64,000 nucleotides of DNA from an uncultured Coriobacteriales bacterium (GCA_963761535.1 CAVXGS010000003.1:7048-71047); one strand, 5' to 3'; shown: positions 1 through 13,041, counted from the stretch's first letter. Notes: generated by a model not told the origin, from the sequence alone. Numbers and translations: made by a program.

Positions 1-1250
1 AGCTCACGATGCGTACCTTCCACACCGGTGGTGTCGCGGGTGAGGACATCACCCACGGCCTCCCGCGTGTCACCGAGCTCTTCGAGGCCCGCAAGCCCAA
101 GGGCCAGGCGATCCTTGCCGAGGCCGAGGGCAAGCTGGCGATCGAGGACGACGGCAAGAGCCGCAAGCTCACCATCACCGACAAGGACGGCCACGAGAAG
201 GCCTACACGGTCTCGCGCCGTGCGCGCCTGCGTCCCGGCGTGGTCGATGGCGCCGAGGTCGAACTCGGCCAGCAGCTGACCGAGGGTTCGGTGAACCCGC
301 ACGACCTGCTGCACCTCAAGGGCCCCAACGAGACCCTGCGCTACATCGTTGAGCAGGTCCAGGAGGTCTACCGCAGCCAGGGTGTGGACATCAACGACAA
401 GCACATCGAGGTCATCGCTCGCCAGATGCTGCGCCGCGTCTCGATCACCGAGCCCGGCGACACCGAGCTGCTGCCCGGTCAGCTCGTCGACCGCCTGACG
501 TTCAGCGCGGACAACGAGGCCTCGATCGCGGCCGGCGGCGAGCCGGCGAGCGGCTATCCGGTGCTGCTCGGCATCACCAAGGCGTCGCTCGCGACGGAGA
601 GCTTCCTCTCGGCGGCCTCGTTCCAGGAGACCACCCGAGTGCTCACCGACGCCGCCATCGCCGGCAAGGACGACGACCTGCTCGGCCTCAAGGAGAACGT
701 CATCATCGGTAAGCTCATCCCCGCCGCGACCGGCATGAAGCGGTACCGCTCGGTGAAGCTCACCTACAAGGGCCAGAACATCGAGGCCGCCCCGACGGTC
801 GAGGGTCCGCTGCCCGATTGGGCGCCTGAGGAGCTTCGCGAGATCGAGAAGCTGCTGCCGGTCGCTCCGGAGCCCGCGCCGTTCATGGACGGCGACTTCG
901 AGAGCGCGTTCGCCGACCTCACGCTCGACGACGAGGGCGAGATCGACATCTCCGCGTTCACCGGGATCACGTTCGACCCCGCCGCCGCGGTCCGTCCCGA
1001 CATCGTCGAGGGGCTTGGTTCTGCCGAGAACGTCGACGTGTGGAGCCTGTCGCTTAGCGACATCGGTGTGGGCACCCGCTGGGTCAAGCTCCTCGCCGAG
1101 CAGGGGATCGTCACCATCGGCGACCTGAAGGGCAAGTCCGAAGCGGACCTGCTCATGATCCAGGGTGTGGGCACCAAGGCGCTCGAGGAGCTGGAGACGG
1201 GTCTGGAGCGTTTCGGCCTGACCCTCGACGAGCTTCCCGCGGCGCGCTAG
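1..1250 (+). CDS. rpoC: RNA polymerase subunit beta-prime, C-terminal part (5' end outside window), with a long C-terminal extension ending in an alpha-CTD-like HhH domain
   Basis: ORF 9..1250 is open to the window edge. Conserved beta-prime C-terminal motifs are present ([28 protein letters not shown]; [14 protein letters not shown]). It lies directly upstream of rpsL-rpsG-fusA. Confidence 0.93.
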   Translation, partial: LTMRTFHTGGVAGEDITHGLPRVTELFEARKPKGQAILAEAEGKLAIEDDGKSRKLTITDKDGHEKAYTVSRRARLRPGVVDGAEVELGQQLTEGSVNPHDLLHLKGPNETLRYIVEQVQEVYRSQGVDINDKHIEVIARQMLRRVSITEPGDTELLPGQLVDRLTFSADNEASIAAGGEPASGYPVLLGITKASLATESFLSAASFQETTRVLTDAAIAGKDDDLLGLKENVIIGKLIPAATGMKRYRSVKLTYKGQNIEAAPTVEGPLPDWAPEELREIEKLLPVAPEPAPFMDGDFESAFADLTLDDEGEIDISAFTGITFDPAAAVRPDIVEGLGSAENVDVWSLSLSDIGVGTRWVKLLAEQGIVTIGDLKGKSEADLLMIQGVGTKALEELETGLERFGLTLDELPAAR

Positions 1251-1387
1251 TCGCCACGCCGCTCTGAGCTGGGATAACGGCGCTCCGGCCCTCGCGGTCG
1301 GGGCGCCGTTCGCTCGCTCGAAGGGTCTCTCGGTCCAGGCCGGGATCGGGCGGGGGGGAAGTATGGATACACCCGGGTGCGTGGCGT

Positions 1388-1416
1388 TTGACAAGGCCTG
1401 CTCTCGTTGTTAGAGT
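1388..1416 (+). promoter_or_regulatory. Putative sigma-70-type promoter of the str operon (TTGACA-17 nt-TAGAGT)
   Basis: Hexamers read directly from the sequence, about 90 nt upstream of the rpsL GTG start. Confidence 0.5.
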
Positions 1417-1504
1417 TCCACCTTGCGACTTCATGCTCGGAGCCGTGCGTCCACGCATGGTGACCGGGTTCGTGAGAGAACCGCCGAAGTAAGGAGCTGT
1501 AAGC

Positions 1505-1876
1505 GTGCCGACGATCAACCAGCTGGTCCGCAAGGGCCGCAAGCAGGCGACCGCCAAGAGCAAGACGCCTGCGCTGAAGGGCAACCCGCAGAAGCGCGGC
1601 GTGTGCACCCGTGTCTACACCACGACCCCGAAGAAGCCGAACTCGGCGCTTCGGAAGGTCGCCCGTGTCCGCCTGACCAACCAGATCGAGGTCACGGCGT
1701 ACATCCCGGGCATCGGCCACAACCTCCAGGAGCACTCGATCGTGCTCGTGCGTGGCGGTCGTGTGAAGGACCTGCCGGGTGTCCGCTACAAGGTCATCCG
1801 CGGCACGCTCGACACCGCCGCGGTGGGCGGTCGCAATCAGGCCCGCTCGCGCTACGGCGCAAAGAAGCCCAGCTAG
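1505..1876 (+). CDS. rpsL: 30S ribosomal protein S12
   Basis: [13 protein letters not shown]... signature, 123 aa, GTG start, operon position. Confidence 0.97.
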   Translation: MPTINQLVRKGRKQATAKSKTPALKGNPQKRGVCTRVYTTTPKKPNSALRKVARVRLTNQIEVTAYIPGIGHNLQEHSIVLVRGGRVKDLPGVRYKVIRGTLDTAAVGGRNQARSRYGAKKPS

Positions 1877-1950
1877 AGAAGATCGTTCACGCCCGCGGCC
1901 CGGCGTCGCACGATGCCGGGCTTCGTGTTCGTCTGTAAGGAGAGAGGTCC

Positions 1951-2421
1951 ATGCCCAGGCGCGCTGCAGCCGTCCGTCGCGAGGTCCAGCCGGACGCGGT
2001 CTACAACAATCGACTGGTCACCCAGCTCATCAACAAGGTGCTCCTTGACGGGAAGCGCTCGACCGCCGAGGCGATCGTGTACGGCGCCTTCGACATCATC
2101 GAGCAGAAGACCAGCACCGACCCGCTGTCCGTGTTCAAGAAGGCGATGGACAACGTCCGCCCCACGCTCGAGGTTCGTCCCAAGCGTGTGGGTGGCGCGA
2201 CGTACCAGGTGCCGGTCGAGGTCAACTCCCGCCGGTCCACTACGCTCGCGATCCGCTGGGTCGTGAACTACTCGCGGGCCCGTCGTGAGAAGACGATGGC
2301 CGAGCGCCTCGCCAACGAGATCCTGGACGCCGCCAATGGCACGGGCTCGTCGGTCAAGCGCCGCGAGGACCTGTTCAAGATGGCCGAGTCCAACCGCGCC
2401 TTCTCGCACTACCGCTGGTAG
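1951..2421 (+). CDS. rpsG: 30S ribosomal protein S7
   Basis: 156 aa. MPRR...[24 protein letters not shown] and a C-terminal HYRW are typical of S7. Confidence 0.97.
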   Translation: MPRRAAAVRREVQPDAVYNNRLVTQLINKVLLDGKRSTAEAIVYGAFDIIEQKTSTDPLSVFKKAMDNVRPTLEVRPKRVGGATYQVPVEVNSRRSTTLAIRWVVNYSRARREKTMAERLANEILDAANGTGSSVKRREDLFKMAESNRAFSHYRW

Positions 2422-2465
2422 TCACAGAGCCGCTAAGCATCAGAGAGACCGAGGTCTAGCCACTC

Positions 2466-4553
<2,088 letters not shown>

Positions 4554-4610
4554 GGTCAATCGCGGATGCGGGGAGCAGCCCCGCGACCGTGCACGTACGG
4601 AGGGACGAGA

Positions 4611-4919
4611 GTGGCAGACCAGAAGATCAGGATCCGGCTCAAGGGCTACGACCACGAGATCGTGGACCAGTCCACGAAGCTCATCGTGGACACTGCCCAG
4701 AAGACGGGCGCGAAGGTGTCCGGGCCGATCCCGCTGCCGACCGAGCGCAGCATGTATTGCGTGATCCGCTCGCCGCACGTCAACAAGGACAGCCGCGAGC
4801 AGTTCGAGATGAAGACGCACAAGCGCCTCATCGACATTCTCGAGCCCACGCCCAAGACGGTCGACTCGCTGATGCGCCTCGACCTGCCGGCCGGCGTCGA
4901 TATCGAGATCAAGCTCTAG
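4611..4919 (+). CDS. rpsJ: 30S ribosomal protein S10
   Basis: ORF 4566..4919, trimmed to GTG 4611 ([15 protein letters not shown]) preceded by GGAGGGA. The typical S10 length is restored. Confidence 0.94.
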   Translation: MADQKIRIRLKGYDHEIVDQSTKLIVDTAQKTGAKVSGPIPLPTERSMYCVIRSPHVNKDSREQFEMKTHKRLIDILEPTPKTVDSLMRLDLPAGVDIEIKL

Positions 4920-5051
4920 GTTCGGAGTTCCGCGTCGCCCGGCCCGACAGGCCGGACAGGCGCTTGTGACACACGCGGTCCGCTGGGAGCCGTGCAGGGT
5001 GCACGGAAGAGCGAGAAGGCCCATGACCGCCCGAGGGAAGGACGAGAGACG

Positions 5052-5672
5052 ATGGTGACCACGATCCTCGGCAGGAAGCTGGGGATGACACAGATCTGGG
5101 GCGAGGGCGACAAGCTCGTTCCGGTGACGGTCATCGAGGCAGGACCGTGCGTCGTGACGCAGGTCAAGACCGATAAGCGCGACGGATACAGGGCCGTGCA
5201 GATCGGGTTCGGCGACGTGAAGGAGAAGGCGGTCACCAAGCCGGCCGCTGGGCACTTCGCGAAGGCCAAGGTCGAGCCCAAGCGGTTCCTCACCGAGGTG
5301 CGCCTCGACGGCGACGACGCGATGAAGATCGGCCAGGCGATCACCGTGAGTGACTTCGCCGAGGCCAAGCGCGTCCACGTCTCCGGCGTGAGCAAGGGTA
5401 AGGGCTTCGCCGGTGTCATGAAGCGCCACAACTTCAGCGGCGGTCGCGGTGGCCACGGCTCGCACTCGCACCGCATCCCGGGTTCGGTCGGCCAGTGCGC
5501 CACGCCGTCCCGAGTGTTCAAGGGCAAGAAGATGCCGGGCCACATGGGCTCGGACAGCGTCACGGTCCGCAATCTCGAGGTCGTGCGCGTGGATACCGAC
5601 CAGAACCTGCTGTTGGTCAAGGGCGCCGTCCCCGGCGCCAAGGGCAGCCTGCTGACCATCCGTATGGCTTAG
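5052..5672 (+). CDS. rplC: 50S ribosomal protein L3
   Basis: ORF 4992..5672, trimmed to ATG 5052 (MVTTILGRKLGMTQIW) with an RBS GAAGGA upstream. Confidence 0.93.
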   Translation: MVTTILGRKLGMTQIWGEGDKLVPVTVIEAGPCVVTQVKTDKRDGYRAVQIGFGDVKEKAVTKPAAGHFAKAKVEPKRFLTEVRLDGDDAMKIGQAITVSDFAEAKRVHVSGVSKGKGFAGVMKRHNFSGGRGGHGSHSHRIPGSVGQCATPSRVFKGKKMPGHMGSDSVTVRNLEVVRVDTDQNLLLVKGAVPGAKGSLLTIRMA

Positions 5673-5701
5673 CCCGCGCCGAGGACACGAGGAGAGAACT
5701 G

Positions 5702-6325
5702 ATGGCCAAGATCGATATCACTGACGCGAAGGGCAAGAAGGTCGGCACTGCCGAGCTTGCCGACGGCGTCTTCGGCATCGAGCCGAACACCTTCGCGGTG
5801 CACCAGGTGGTCCGCAGCCAGCTGGCCGGCCGCCGCGCGGGTACGCACGAGACCAAGACCCGCGGCGAGGTCAACGGCGGCGGCAAGAAGCCGTGGCGCC
5901 AGAAGGGCACCGGCCGCGCCCGCCAGGGCACGATCCGCGCCCCGCAGTGGAAGGGCGGCGGCGTCGTCTTCGGCCCGCACCCCCGCAGCTACGGCTTCCG
6001 CGTCAACAACAAGGTCGTCAAGTTGGCGATGCGCTCGGCCCTCTCGGCCAAGCTCGCCGACGAGGCGCTGTTCGTGGTCGACAACTTCGACTTCGACGCG
6101 CCGTCGACCAAGACGGCGAAGTCGCTGATCGACGCGCTGGGCATCAAGGGCCGCGTCACGGTGGTCGTCGGCAACGAGGACACCAACGCGATCCTGTCCT
6201 TCCGCAACATCGAGCGTGTCCGCGTGATCACTGCTGCCGAGGCGAACACCTACGACCTCGTCGACAACAGCGCACTGCTGGTGTCGCAGCCGGTCCTGAG
6301 CTGGCTCGAGGGGGTGCTGTCGTAA
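5702..6325 (+). CDS. rplD: 50S ribosomal protein L4
   Basis: ORF 5495..6325, trimmed to ATG 5702 (MAKIDITDAKGKKVG). GGGKKPWRQKGTGRARQG motif. Confidence 0.93.
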   Translation: MAKIDITDAKGKKVGTAELADGVFGIEPNTFAVHQVVRSQLAGRRAGTHETKTRGEVNGGGKKPWRQKGTGRARQGTIRAPQWKGGGVVFGPHPRSYGFRVNNKVVKLAMRSALSAKLADEALFVVDNFDFDAPSTKTAKSLIDALGIKGRVTVVVGNEDTNAILSFRNIERVRVITAAEANTYDLVDNSALLVSQPVLSWLEGVLS

Positions 6326-6610
6326 ATGGACGCCCGCGAGATCATCATCCGTCCGATCGTCTCGGAGAAGAGCTTCGAGATGATCGAGCAGAACCGCTAC
6401 ACCTTCGAGGTCGCGAAGACCGCGAGCAAGCCGCAGATCGCGAAGGCCGTGGAGGAGATCTTCAACGTGGCTGTCGCCGACGTGAACACCATGCGTGTCA
6501 CGGGCAAGCCGCGCCGGGTCCGGTATCGGGCCGGCAAGACGAAGGACTGGAAGAAGGCCATCGTCACGCTTCGTGAAGGTGACTCGATCGAGTTCTTCCA
6601 GACGCACTAG
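6326..6610 (+). CDS. rplW: 50S ribosomal protein L23
   Basis: 94 aa. IIRPIVSEKS... signature. Its ATG abuts the rplD stop. Confidence 0.93.
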   Translation: MDAREIIIRPIVSEKSFEMIEQNRYTFEVAKTASKPQIAKAVEEIFNVAVADVNTMRVTGKPRRVRYRAGKTKDWKKAIVTLREGDSIEFFQTH

Positions 6611-6736
6611 GCCCGAGAACAAGGCCTGAAGGGTGCCCCTGCGCTCCGATGTGGAGCCACCCGGCACCGTGGTAGTCCGGCGTTCGCGCTGCACGTGCCA
6701 GCCAGCGCGGGCAATCGGACCGAGAGGAGCAAGGCA

Positions 6737-7567
6737 ATGGCACTGAAGAAGTACAAGCCGACGTCACCGGGTCGTCGATTCCAGACGGTCTCCGACTTTG
6801 CGGAGATCACCTCGACGACGCCCGAGAAGTCGCTGCTCGAGCCGCTGTCCAAGAAGGGCGGCCGCAACAACAACGGCCGTATCACGACTCGGCACCAGGG
6901 CGGCGGCCACAAGCGTCGCTACCGCGTGATCGACTTCAAGCGGAAGAAGGACGGCGTTCCGGCCAAGGTCGCGACGATCGAGTACGACCCGAACCGCTCC
7001 GCCCGTATCGCGCTGCTGCACTACGCCGACGGCGAGAAGCGCTACATCCTCGCGCCCAAGGGCCTCAAGGTCGGGGACGCTGTCGCCTCCGGCACCGGAG
7101 CCGACATCAAGCCGGGTAACGCGCTGCCGATGGCCGACATCCCCGTCGGTACCGTGATCCACGCGGTCGAGCTCCAGCCCGGCAAGGGCGCCGCGATCGC
7201 GCGCTCGGCCGGGACTTCGGTCCAGCTCGTGGGCAAGGAGGGCGACTACGCGATCCTGCGTATGCCGTCCTCGGAGATGCGCCGCGTGCTGGTGACCTGC
7301 CGCGCGACGGTGGGCGAGGTCGGGAACGCCGAGCACGGGAACGTCTCGATCGGCAAGGCGGGCCGCAATCGCCACCTGGGCAAGCGCCCGAGCGTCCGCG
7401 GTACGGCGATGAACCCCGTCGACCACCCGCACGGTGGCGGCGAAGGCAAGAACAAGTCGGCCGGCCGTCACCCGGTCACCCCGTGGGGCGTGCCGACCAA
7501 GGGCCACCGTACCCGCCAGAAGAACAAGGCGTCCGATCGCCTCATCATCCGGCGCCGCAAGAAGTAG
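6737..7567 (+). CDS. rplB: 50S ribosomal protein L2
   Basis: ORF 6695..7567, trimmed to ATG 6737 ([14 protein letters not shown]). GGGHKRRYR and HPHGGGEG motifs. Confidence 0.95.
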   Translation: MALKKYKPTSPGRRFQTVSDFAEITSTTPEKSLLEPLSKKGGRNNNGRITTRHQGGGHKRRYRVIDFKRKKDGVPAKVATIEYDPNRSARIALLHYADGEKRYILAPKGLKVGDAVASGTGADIKPGNALPMADIPVGTVIHAVELQPGKGAAIARSAGTSVQLVGKEGDYAILRMPSSEMRRVLVTCRATVGEVGNAEHGNVSIGKAGRNRHLGKRPSVRGTAMNPVDHPHGGGEGKNKSAGRHPVTPWGVPTKGHRTRQKNKASDRLIIRRRKK

Positions 7568-7593
7568 CACGAGGATAGGGAGCTGATACCACA

Positions 7594-7869
7594 GTGAGCA
7601 GAAGCCTGAAGAAGGGCCCGTTCGTACAGCCTCGTCTCCTCGAGCGGATCAACACGATGAACGAGGCCGGCGAGAAGAAGGTCATCAAGACGTGGTCCCG
7701 CGCGTCGGTCATCTTCCCCGAGATGGTCGGACACACGATCGCGGTCCACGACGGTCGCAAGCACGTGCCGGTATACGTGACCGAGTCCATGGTGGGTCAC
7801 CGTCTCGGCGAGTTCTCGCCGACGAGGACGTTCCGTGGCCACGCCGGCGGAAAGAAGGTCAAGCGGTAA
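7594..7869 (+). CDS. rpsS: 30S ribosomal protein S19
   Basis: 91 aa. [10 protein letters not shown]...[13 protein letters not shown]. Confidence 0.95.
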   Translation: MSRSLKKGPFVQPRLLERINTMNEAGEKKVIKTWSRASVIFPEMVGHTIAVHDGRKHVPVYVTESMVGHRLGEFSPTRTFRGHAGGKKVKR

Positions 7870-8210
7870 TGGAAGCGAGAGCCGTAGCACGCTACGTGCG
7901 CGTAAGTCCGCGCAAGGCGCGTCTCGTCGTCGACCTCATCCGCGGAAAGTCCGTGCCCGAGGCGCAGGCCATCCTGCGCTTCACGCCGCGCGGCGCCGCC
8001 GAGGTCGTCGAGAAGGTCCTGAACAGCGCGGTGGCCAATGCCGAGCACCAGCTCCGCATCCCGGCCGACAGCATGTTCGTCGCGACCACGTATGTGGACG
8101 AGGGGCCGACCATCAAGCGCATCCGGCCCCGCGCCATGGGCCGCGCGTTCCGGATCAACAAGCGCACCAGCCACATCACCGTCGTCGTCAAGCAGCGAGA
8201 GGAGGCGTAG
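7869..8210 (+). CDS. rplV: 50S ribosomal protein L22
   Basis: ORF 7692..8210, trimmed to ATG 7869 ([20 protein letters not shown]). TAATG overlap with the rpsS stop. Confidence 0.93.
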   Translation: MEARAVARYVRVSPRKARLVVDLIRGKSVPEAQAILRFTPRGAAEVVEKVLNSAVANAEHQLRIPADSMFVATTYVDEGPTIKRIRPRAMGRAFRINKRTSHITVVVKQREEA

Positions 8211-8216
8211 AGCCAC

Positions 8217-8933
8217 ATGGGTCAGAAGGTCTATCCCATCGGATTCCGTCTGGGCATTACCGAGAACTGGCGTTCGCGCTGGTATGGCGGTAAGGACTAC
8301 GCCAAGACGCTCGAGAACGACGTCGCGATCCGCCGCTATCTCACCAAGCGGCTCCGTCGCGCCGCCCTGTCGCGCATCGAGATCGAGCGCAAGGGTGACA
8401 AGACGATGGTCTCGCTGACCACCGCCCGCCCGGGCATCGTGATCGGCAAGAAGGGCTCCGAGGTCGACCAGCTCCGCAAGGACCTGGAGAAGATCGCGGG
8501 CGGCCCGGTGACCGTCGACATCATCGAGATCAAGCGCCCGGAGATCGACGCCGTCCTCGTGGCGCAGTCGATCGCCGAGCAGCTCGAGGGTCGCGTGGCG
8601 TTCCGCCGCGCGATGCGCAAGGCCGTCGCCTCGGCGATGAAGGGCGGGGCGCTGGGCGTCCGCGTCCAGGCCGCCGGTCGTCTCGGTGGCGCCGAGATGG
8701 GCCGCCGCGAGTGGTACCGCGAGGGTCGCGTGCCGCTGCACACGCTGCGCGCCGTGATCGACTACGGCACCGCCGAGGCTCGCACCACCATGGGCGCCAT
8801 CGGCATCAAGGTATGGATCTACAAAGGCGAGAAGCTGCCCGGCCAGGAGTTCGCCCCTGCGCAGGAGCGCGAGCGCGATCGCGACCGCGACCGCCCGTCC
8901 CGCGGCCGTCGCGGCGGCGAAGGGAGGGCGTAG
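8217..8933 (+). CDS. rpsC: 30S ribosomal protein S3 (with an Arg/Asp/Glu-rich C-terminal tail)
   Basis: [23 protein letters not shown]... with KH domain motifs. Confidence 0.95.
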   Translation: MGQKVYPIGFRLGITENWRSRWYGGKDYAKTLENDVAIRRYLTKRLRRAALSRIEIERKGDKTMVSLTTARPGIVIGKKGSEVDQLRKDLEKIAGGPVTVDIIEIKRPEIDAVLVAQSIAEQLEGRVAFRRAMRKAVASAMKGGALGVRVQAAGRLGGAEMGRREWYREGRVPLHTLRAVIDYGTAEARTTMGAIGIKVWIYKGEKLPGQEFAPAQERERDRDRDRPSRGRRGGEGRA

Positions 8934-8937
8934 CACG

Positions 8938-9360
8938 ATGCTTCTGCCCAAGCGCGTCAAGCACCGCAAAGTCCAGCGTGGTTCCCGCAAGGGCCAGGCT
9001 AAGGGCGGTACGCAGATCAACTTCGGCGACTACGGCATCAAGGCCCTCGAGTCCGGTTGGATCACCAACCGCCAGATCGAGGCCGCTCGTGTCGCGATGA
9101 CCCGTTACATGAAGCGTGGCGGCAAGGTCTGGATCACGATCTTCCCCGACAAGCCCGTCACCCAGAAGCCGGCCGAGACCCGCATGGGTTCGGGCAAGGG
9201 CAACCCCGAGAAGTGGGTCGCCGTCGTGAAGCCGGGCCGGATCATGTTCGAGGTCGCCGGTGTCCCCGAGGACGTGGCCAAAGAGGCCATCCGTCTCGCG
9301 CAGCACAAGCTGCCGATCAAGACCAAGTTCGTTGCACGTACCGAATCGGGCGGTGAGTAG
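8938..9360 (+). CDS. rplP: 50S ribosomal protein L16
   Basis: [15 protein letters not shown]... 140 aa. Confidence 0.95.
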   Translation: MLLPKRVKHRKVQRGSRKGQAKGGTQINFGDYGIKALESGWITNRQIEAARVAMTRYMKRGGKVWITIFPDKPVTQKPAETRMGSGKGNPEKWVAVVKPGRIMFEVAGVPEDVAKEAIRLAQHKLPIKTKFVARTESGGE

Positions 9361-9364
9361 CCAG

Positions 9365-9577
9365 ATGAAGCCTACCGAGATCCGCGACCTCGAAGCCTCG
9401 GAGCTTCAGGATCGCCTCAAGGACGCTCGCGCGGAGCTGTTCAACCTGCGTTTCCAGCTCGCGACGGGTCAGCTCGACAACACTGGTCGCATCGGCCAGG
9501 TCAAGAAGGATATCGCGCGGCTGCAGACCGAGCTCCGTACGCGCGAGCTCCGCGATTCCGACGCGGCAGCCTCGTAA
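9365..9577 (+). CDS. rpmC: 50S ribosomal protein L29
   Basis: ORF 9260..9577, trimmed to ATG 9365 ([31 protein letters not shown]). Confidence 0.9.
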   Translation: MKPTEIRDLEASELQDRLKDARAELFNLRFQLATGQLDNTGRIGQVKKDIARLQTELRTRELRDSDAAAS

Positions 9578-9595
9578 GGGAGTGTGAGGAAGCAG

Positions 9596-9853
9596 ATGAG
9601 CGATCGTAACCAGCGTAAGGTCCGTCAGGGCGTGGTCGTCTCGGCGGCGGGTGACAAGACGTGCGTCGTGCGCGTCGAGGAGCGTAAGCCGCACCCGCTG
9701 TACGGCAAGATGATGACCCGCTCGGCCAAGTTCCACGCGCACGACGAGAACAACGAGTGCGGTGTCGGTGACACCGTCCAGATCATGGAGACGCGCCCGC
9801 TGTCGAAGCTGAAGCACTGGCGTCTGGTCCAGATCCTGGAGAAGGCCAAGTAA
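9596..9853 (+). CDS. rpsQ: 30S ribosomal protein S17
   Basis: ORF 9584..9853. ATG 9596 is preferred ([16 protein letters not shown]...). The start is uncertain by 4 codons. Confidence 0.9.
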   Translation: MSDRNQRKVRQGVVVSAAGDKTCVVRVEERKPHPLYGKMMTRSAKFHAHDENNECGVGDTVQIMETRPLSKLKHWRLVQILEKAK

Positions 9854-9928
9854 CCACCCGACGTGTACGTGCGTGTCCGCGCCGCGGCTCGCACCTCTCT
9901 CGATCGGTCCAAGTCGGAGGAAACGTAG

Positions 9929-10297
9929 ATGATCCAGGCAGAATCGCGGCTCAAGGTCGCCGACAACTCAGGCGCTCGGCGCGTGCTGTGCATCAAGGTG
10001 CTCGGCGGTACCGGTCGTCGCTACGCACGTGTGGGTGACGTCATCGTCGCCACCGTCAAAGAGGCCATCCCCAACGGCACCGTCAAGAAGGGCGACGTCG
10101 TCCGGGCGGTCGTGGTGCGGACCAAGAAAGAGGTCCGTCGCTCCGACGGCAGCTACATCAAGTTCGACGACAACGCCGCGGTCATCATCGACCCTCAGGG
10201 CAACCCGCGAGGTACCCGTATCTTCGGCCCCGTCGCGCGCGAGCTGCGCGACAAGCGCTACATGAAGATCGTCTCGCTGGCCCCCGAAGTTCTGTAA
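9929..10297 (+). CDS. rplN: 50S ribosomal protein L14
   Basis: [17 protein letters not shown]... 122 aa. Confidence 0.96.
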   Translation: MIQAESRLKVADNSGARRVLCIKVLGGTGRRYARVGDVIVATVKEAIPNGTVKKGDVVRAVVVRTKKEVRRSDGSYIKFDDNAAVIIDPQGNPRGTRIFGPVARELRDKRYMKIVSLAPEVL

Positions 10298-10310
10298 GGG
10301 AGGCTTCTCA

Positions 10311-10634
10311 ATGGCGAACTCCATGAGCGTCAAGAGCGGCGACCGCGTGAAGGTCATCGCAGGCAAGGACAAGGGCAAGGAAGGCAAGGTGCTCCGGACC
10401 GTCCCCGAGAGCCAGCGCGTGATCGTGGAGCGGGTGAACCTGGTCAAGAAGCACCAGCGCCCGACCAACAAGCGCGCCCAGGGCGGCATTCTCGAGATCG
10501 AGGCTCCGATCCACGTCTCGAACGTGATGCTGCTGTGCCCGTCGTGCTCGCAGCCGACCCGCGTCGGCCGCACCCGCGAGGACGGCGCGCGGATCCGCAC
10601 CTGCAAGAAGTGCGGGAACCCGATCGACAAGTAG
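10311..10634 (+). CDS. rplX: 50S ribosomal protein L24 (form with CxxC...CxxC zinc ribbon)
   Basis: KSGDRVKVIAGKDKGKEG KOW motif. C-terminal CPSC...CKKC. Confidence 0.93.
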   Translation: MANSMSVKSGDRVKVIAGKDKGKEGKVLRTVPESQRVIVERVNLVKKHQRPTNKRAQGGILEIEAPIHVSNVMLLCPSCSQPTRVGRTREDGARIRTCKKCGNPIDK

Positions 10635-10738
10635 GACGAGCAGGCACCATTCGGCCTTCTCGGCTGGCGTGAAGCAGCCGAGGAGGGGCAGGGTCGGAGA
10701 TCCTGCCTGAAACCGCGGATCTGAAGGAGAGACCAAGA

Positions 10739-11284
10739 GTGGCCCCGAGACTCAAAGAGATGTACCAGACCGAGATCGTCAGCAAGCTCAAGGACGAACT
10801 CGGCCTGGCCAATGTCAACGAGGTCCCGCGCCTCGAGAAGATCGTCGTCAACATGGGCGTCGGCGCTGCGGTGCAGGACGCCAAGCAGCTCGACGCCGCC
10901 ATCGAGGACCTGCGCATCGTCACCGGCCAGCAGCCGATGGTGACCCGCGCCCGCAAGTCGATCGCCGGGTTCAAGATCCGCCAGGGCATGCCCATCGGTG
11001 CGAAGGTGACCCTGCGTGGCGACCGCATGTGGGAGTTCTTCGACAGGCTCGTGTCGACCGCCATCCCGCGTATCCGCGACTTCCGTGGCCTCAATGCCAC
11101 GAGCTTCGACGGTCGCGGCAACTACTCGATGGGCGTTACCGAGCAGCTCATCTTCCCGGAGATCGACTACGACAAGGTCGACCGGGTGCGCGGCATGGAC
11201 ATCACGTTCGTCACTTCCGCGAAGACCGACGAGCAGGCCAAGGCCCTGCTCGACGCCTTCGGTTTCCCGTTCGCACGGTCGTAA
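10739..11284 (+). CDS. rplE: 50S ribosomal protein L5
   Basis: GTG start after [24 protein letters not shown]...NMGVG signature. Confidence 0.95.
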   Translation: MAPRLKEMYQTEIVSKLKDELGLANVNEVPRLEKIVVNMGVGAAVQDAKQLDAAIEDLRIVTGQQPMVTRARKSIAGFKIRQGMPIGAKVTLRGDRMWEFFDRLVSTAIPRIRDFRGLNATSFDGRGNYSMGVTEQLIFPEIDYDKVDRVRGMDITFVTSAKTDEQAKALLDAFGFPFARS

Positions 11285-11344
11285 GGGCACGAAGAGAAGG
11301 ACCACCCGGCGGCCCGAAGCGGCCGTCGTGACAAGGAGGAAACA

Positions 11345-11530
11345 GTGGCCAAGAAATCGATGATCGCCAAGGCCAAGCGCACGCCGAAGTTCTCGGTGCG
11401 CGCGGTCAACCGGTGCAACCGGTGCGGCCGGCCTCGCGCGTACTACCGGCAGTTCGGCATGTGCCGAATCTGCGTGCGCGAGCTGGCGAGCCGCGGCGAG
11501 CTTCCCGGCGTGCGCAAGGCGAGCTGGTAG
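11345..11530 (+). CDS. rpsN: 30S ribosomal protein S14, short type-Z zinc form
   Basis: 61 aa. CNRCGRP...CRIC motif and a C-terminal KASW. Confidence 0.93.
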   Translation: MAKKSMIAKAKRTPKFSVRAVNRCNRCGRPRAYYRQFGMCRICVRELASRGELPGVRKASW

Positions 11531-11641
11531 TCGCTCTCACGCACGTTCGGTGAAGGCCCCGACCGGTCTCTAGGCGCGCGAACCACGGGTTGGCGCGAAC
11601 CGCGGACCGGGGTCATCCCAGGACCATAGGAGGATTCGAAA

Positions 11642-12040
11642 ATGAGCATGACCGACCCGATCGCAGATATGTTGACGCGGATCCGCAACGCCAACTCCGC
11701 GTTCAAGGCGACCACCACGATGCCTTCGTCGAAGAAGCTCGTGGAGATCGCCCGCATCCTGAAGGAGGAGGGCTACATCACCGGCTACGAGGTGACGCCC
11801 GGGACTCCGCAAGACACCCTCGAGGTGACTCTGAAGTACGGCCCGCGCAAGGAGCGCACGCTGACCGGCATTCGCCGCATCAGCAAGCCCGGCCTGCGCG
11901 TGTACGCCAAGAAGGACGAGCTGCCGAGGGTCCTCGGCGGTCTCGGCATCGCCGTGATCTCGACTTCCCAGGGCGTGATGACCGACCGCGACGCGCGCAA
12001 GGCGGGCGTCGGCGGCGAAGTCATCGCGTACATCTGGTAA
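11642..12040 (+). CDS. rpsH: 30S ribosomal protein S8
   Basis: [18 protein letters not shown]... 132 aa. Confidence 0.95.
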   Translation: MSMTDPIADMLTRIRNANSAFKATTTMPSSKKLVEIARILKEEGYITGYEVTPGTPQDTLEVTLKYGPRKERTLTGIRRISKPGLRVYAKKDELPRVLGGLGIAVISTSQGVMTDRDARKAGVGGEVIAYIW

Positions 12041-12071
12041 CCCGGCCGGACTGAGAAAGGAGCCAGTAGCC

Positions 12072-12608
12072 GTGTCACGTATCGGCAAGCAGCCCATCCC
12101 GGTCCCGTCCGGTGTCGATGTCACTATCGACGGCGCCACGGTCACCGTGAAGGGCCCCAAGGGAGAGCTGTCGCAGACGTTCTCCGAGATCATCACCATC
12201 GAGAAGAGCGACGACACCATCGTCGTCACCCGTCCCGACGACACCCGTGAGGCACGTTCGCTGCACGGCCTGACCCGCACGCTCGTCGCCAACATGGTGC
12301 AGGGCGTCTCGGAAGGCTTCGCGAAGAACCTCGAGATCGTCGGCGTCGGTTACCGCGCGGTGCTGAAGGGCAGCGACCTCGAGCTCGCGCTCGGCTTCAG
12401 CCACCCCGTGGTCATCAAGCCCGAGCCCGGCATCAGCTTCGAAGTGCCCGCACCCAACCGCATCACCGTACGCGGCATCGACAAGCAGCGCGTCGGGCAG
12501 ATCGCGTCCGAGATCCGCGCGTGGCGCAAGCCCGAGCCGTACAAGGGCAAGGGCGTCCGCTACGAGGGCGAGTACGTCCGCCGCAAGCTCGGCAAGGCAG
12601 CCAAGTAA
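12072..12608 (+). CDS. rplF: 50S ribosomal protein L6
   Basis: [16 protein letters not shown]... 178 aa, GTG start. Confidence 0.95.
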   Translation: MSRIGKQPIPVPSGVDVTIDGATVTVKGPKGELSQTFSEIITIEKSDDTIVVTRPDDTREARSLHGLTRTLVANMVQGVSEGFAKNLEIVGVGYRAVLKGSDLELALGFSHPVVIKPEPGISFEVPAPNRITVRGIDKQRVGQIASEIRAWRKPEPYKGKGVRYEGEYVRRKLGKAAK

Positions 12609-12659
12609 CCCGTCCGGGGTCACAGTCCCGGAACCACACGAGGAGAGAGTCAGGCTTCC

Positions 12660-13028
12660 ATGGATAAGATGCAGACGAAGAAGGCCGCGCTCGAGCGGCG
12701 CCAGCGGAGGGTCCGCGGCAAGGTGCGCGGCACCGCTGCCCGTCCTCGGCTGCGGATCACCCGCAGCAACGCGCACATCTACGCCCAGCTCATCGACGAT
12801 GTGAGCGGCCGCACGATCGCTGCCGCCTCCAGCGTCGACGGCGAGCTCAAGGGGTCGCTCGAGACGGGTTCGACCGTCGAGGCGGCCACCAAGGTGGGCG
12901 AGCTCATTGGCAAGCGCGCTGCCGATGCCGGCGTCACCGACGTGGTCTTCGACCGCGGCGGCCGGCTGTACCACGGTCGCGTGAAGGCACTGGCGGACGG
13001 TGCGCGCAGCGCCGGACTGAACTTCTAG
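12660..13028 (+). CDS. rplR: 50S ribosomal protein L18
   Basis: [10 protein letters not shown]...[20 protein letters not shown]. Confidence 0.93.
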   Translation: MDKMQTKKAALERRQRRVRGKVRGTAARPRLRITRSNAHIYAQLIDDVSGRTIAAASSVDGELKGSLETGSTVEAATKVGELIGKRAADAGVTDVVFDRGGRLYHGRVKALADGARSAGLNF

Positions 13029-13041
13029 GGAGGACGAGCGC

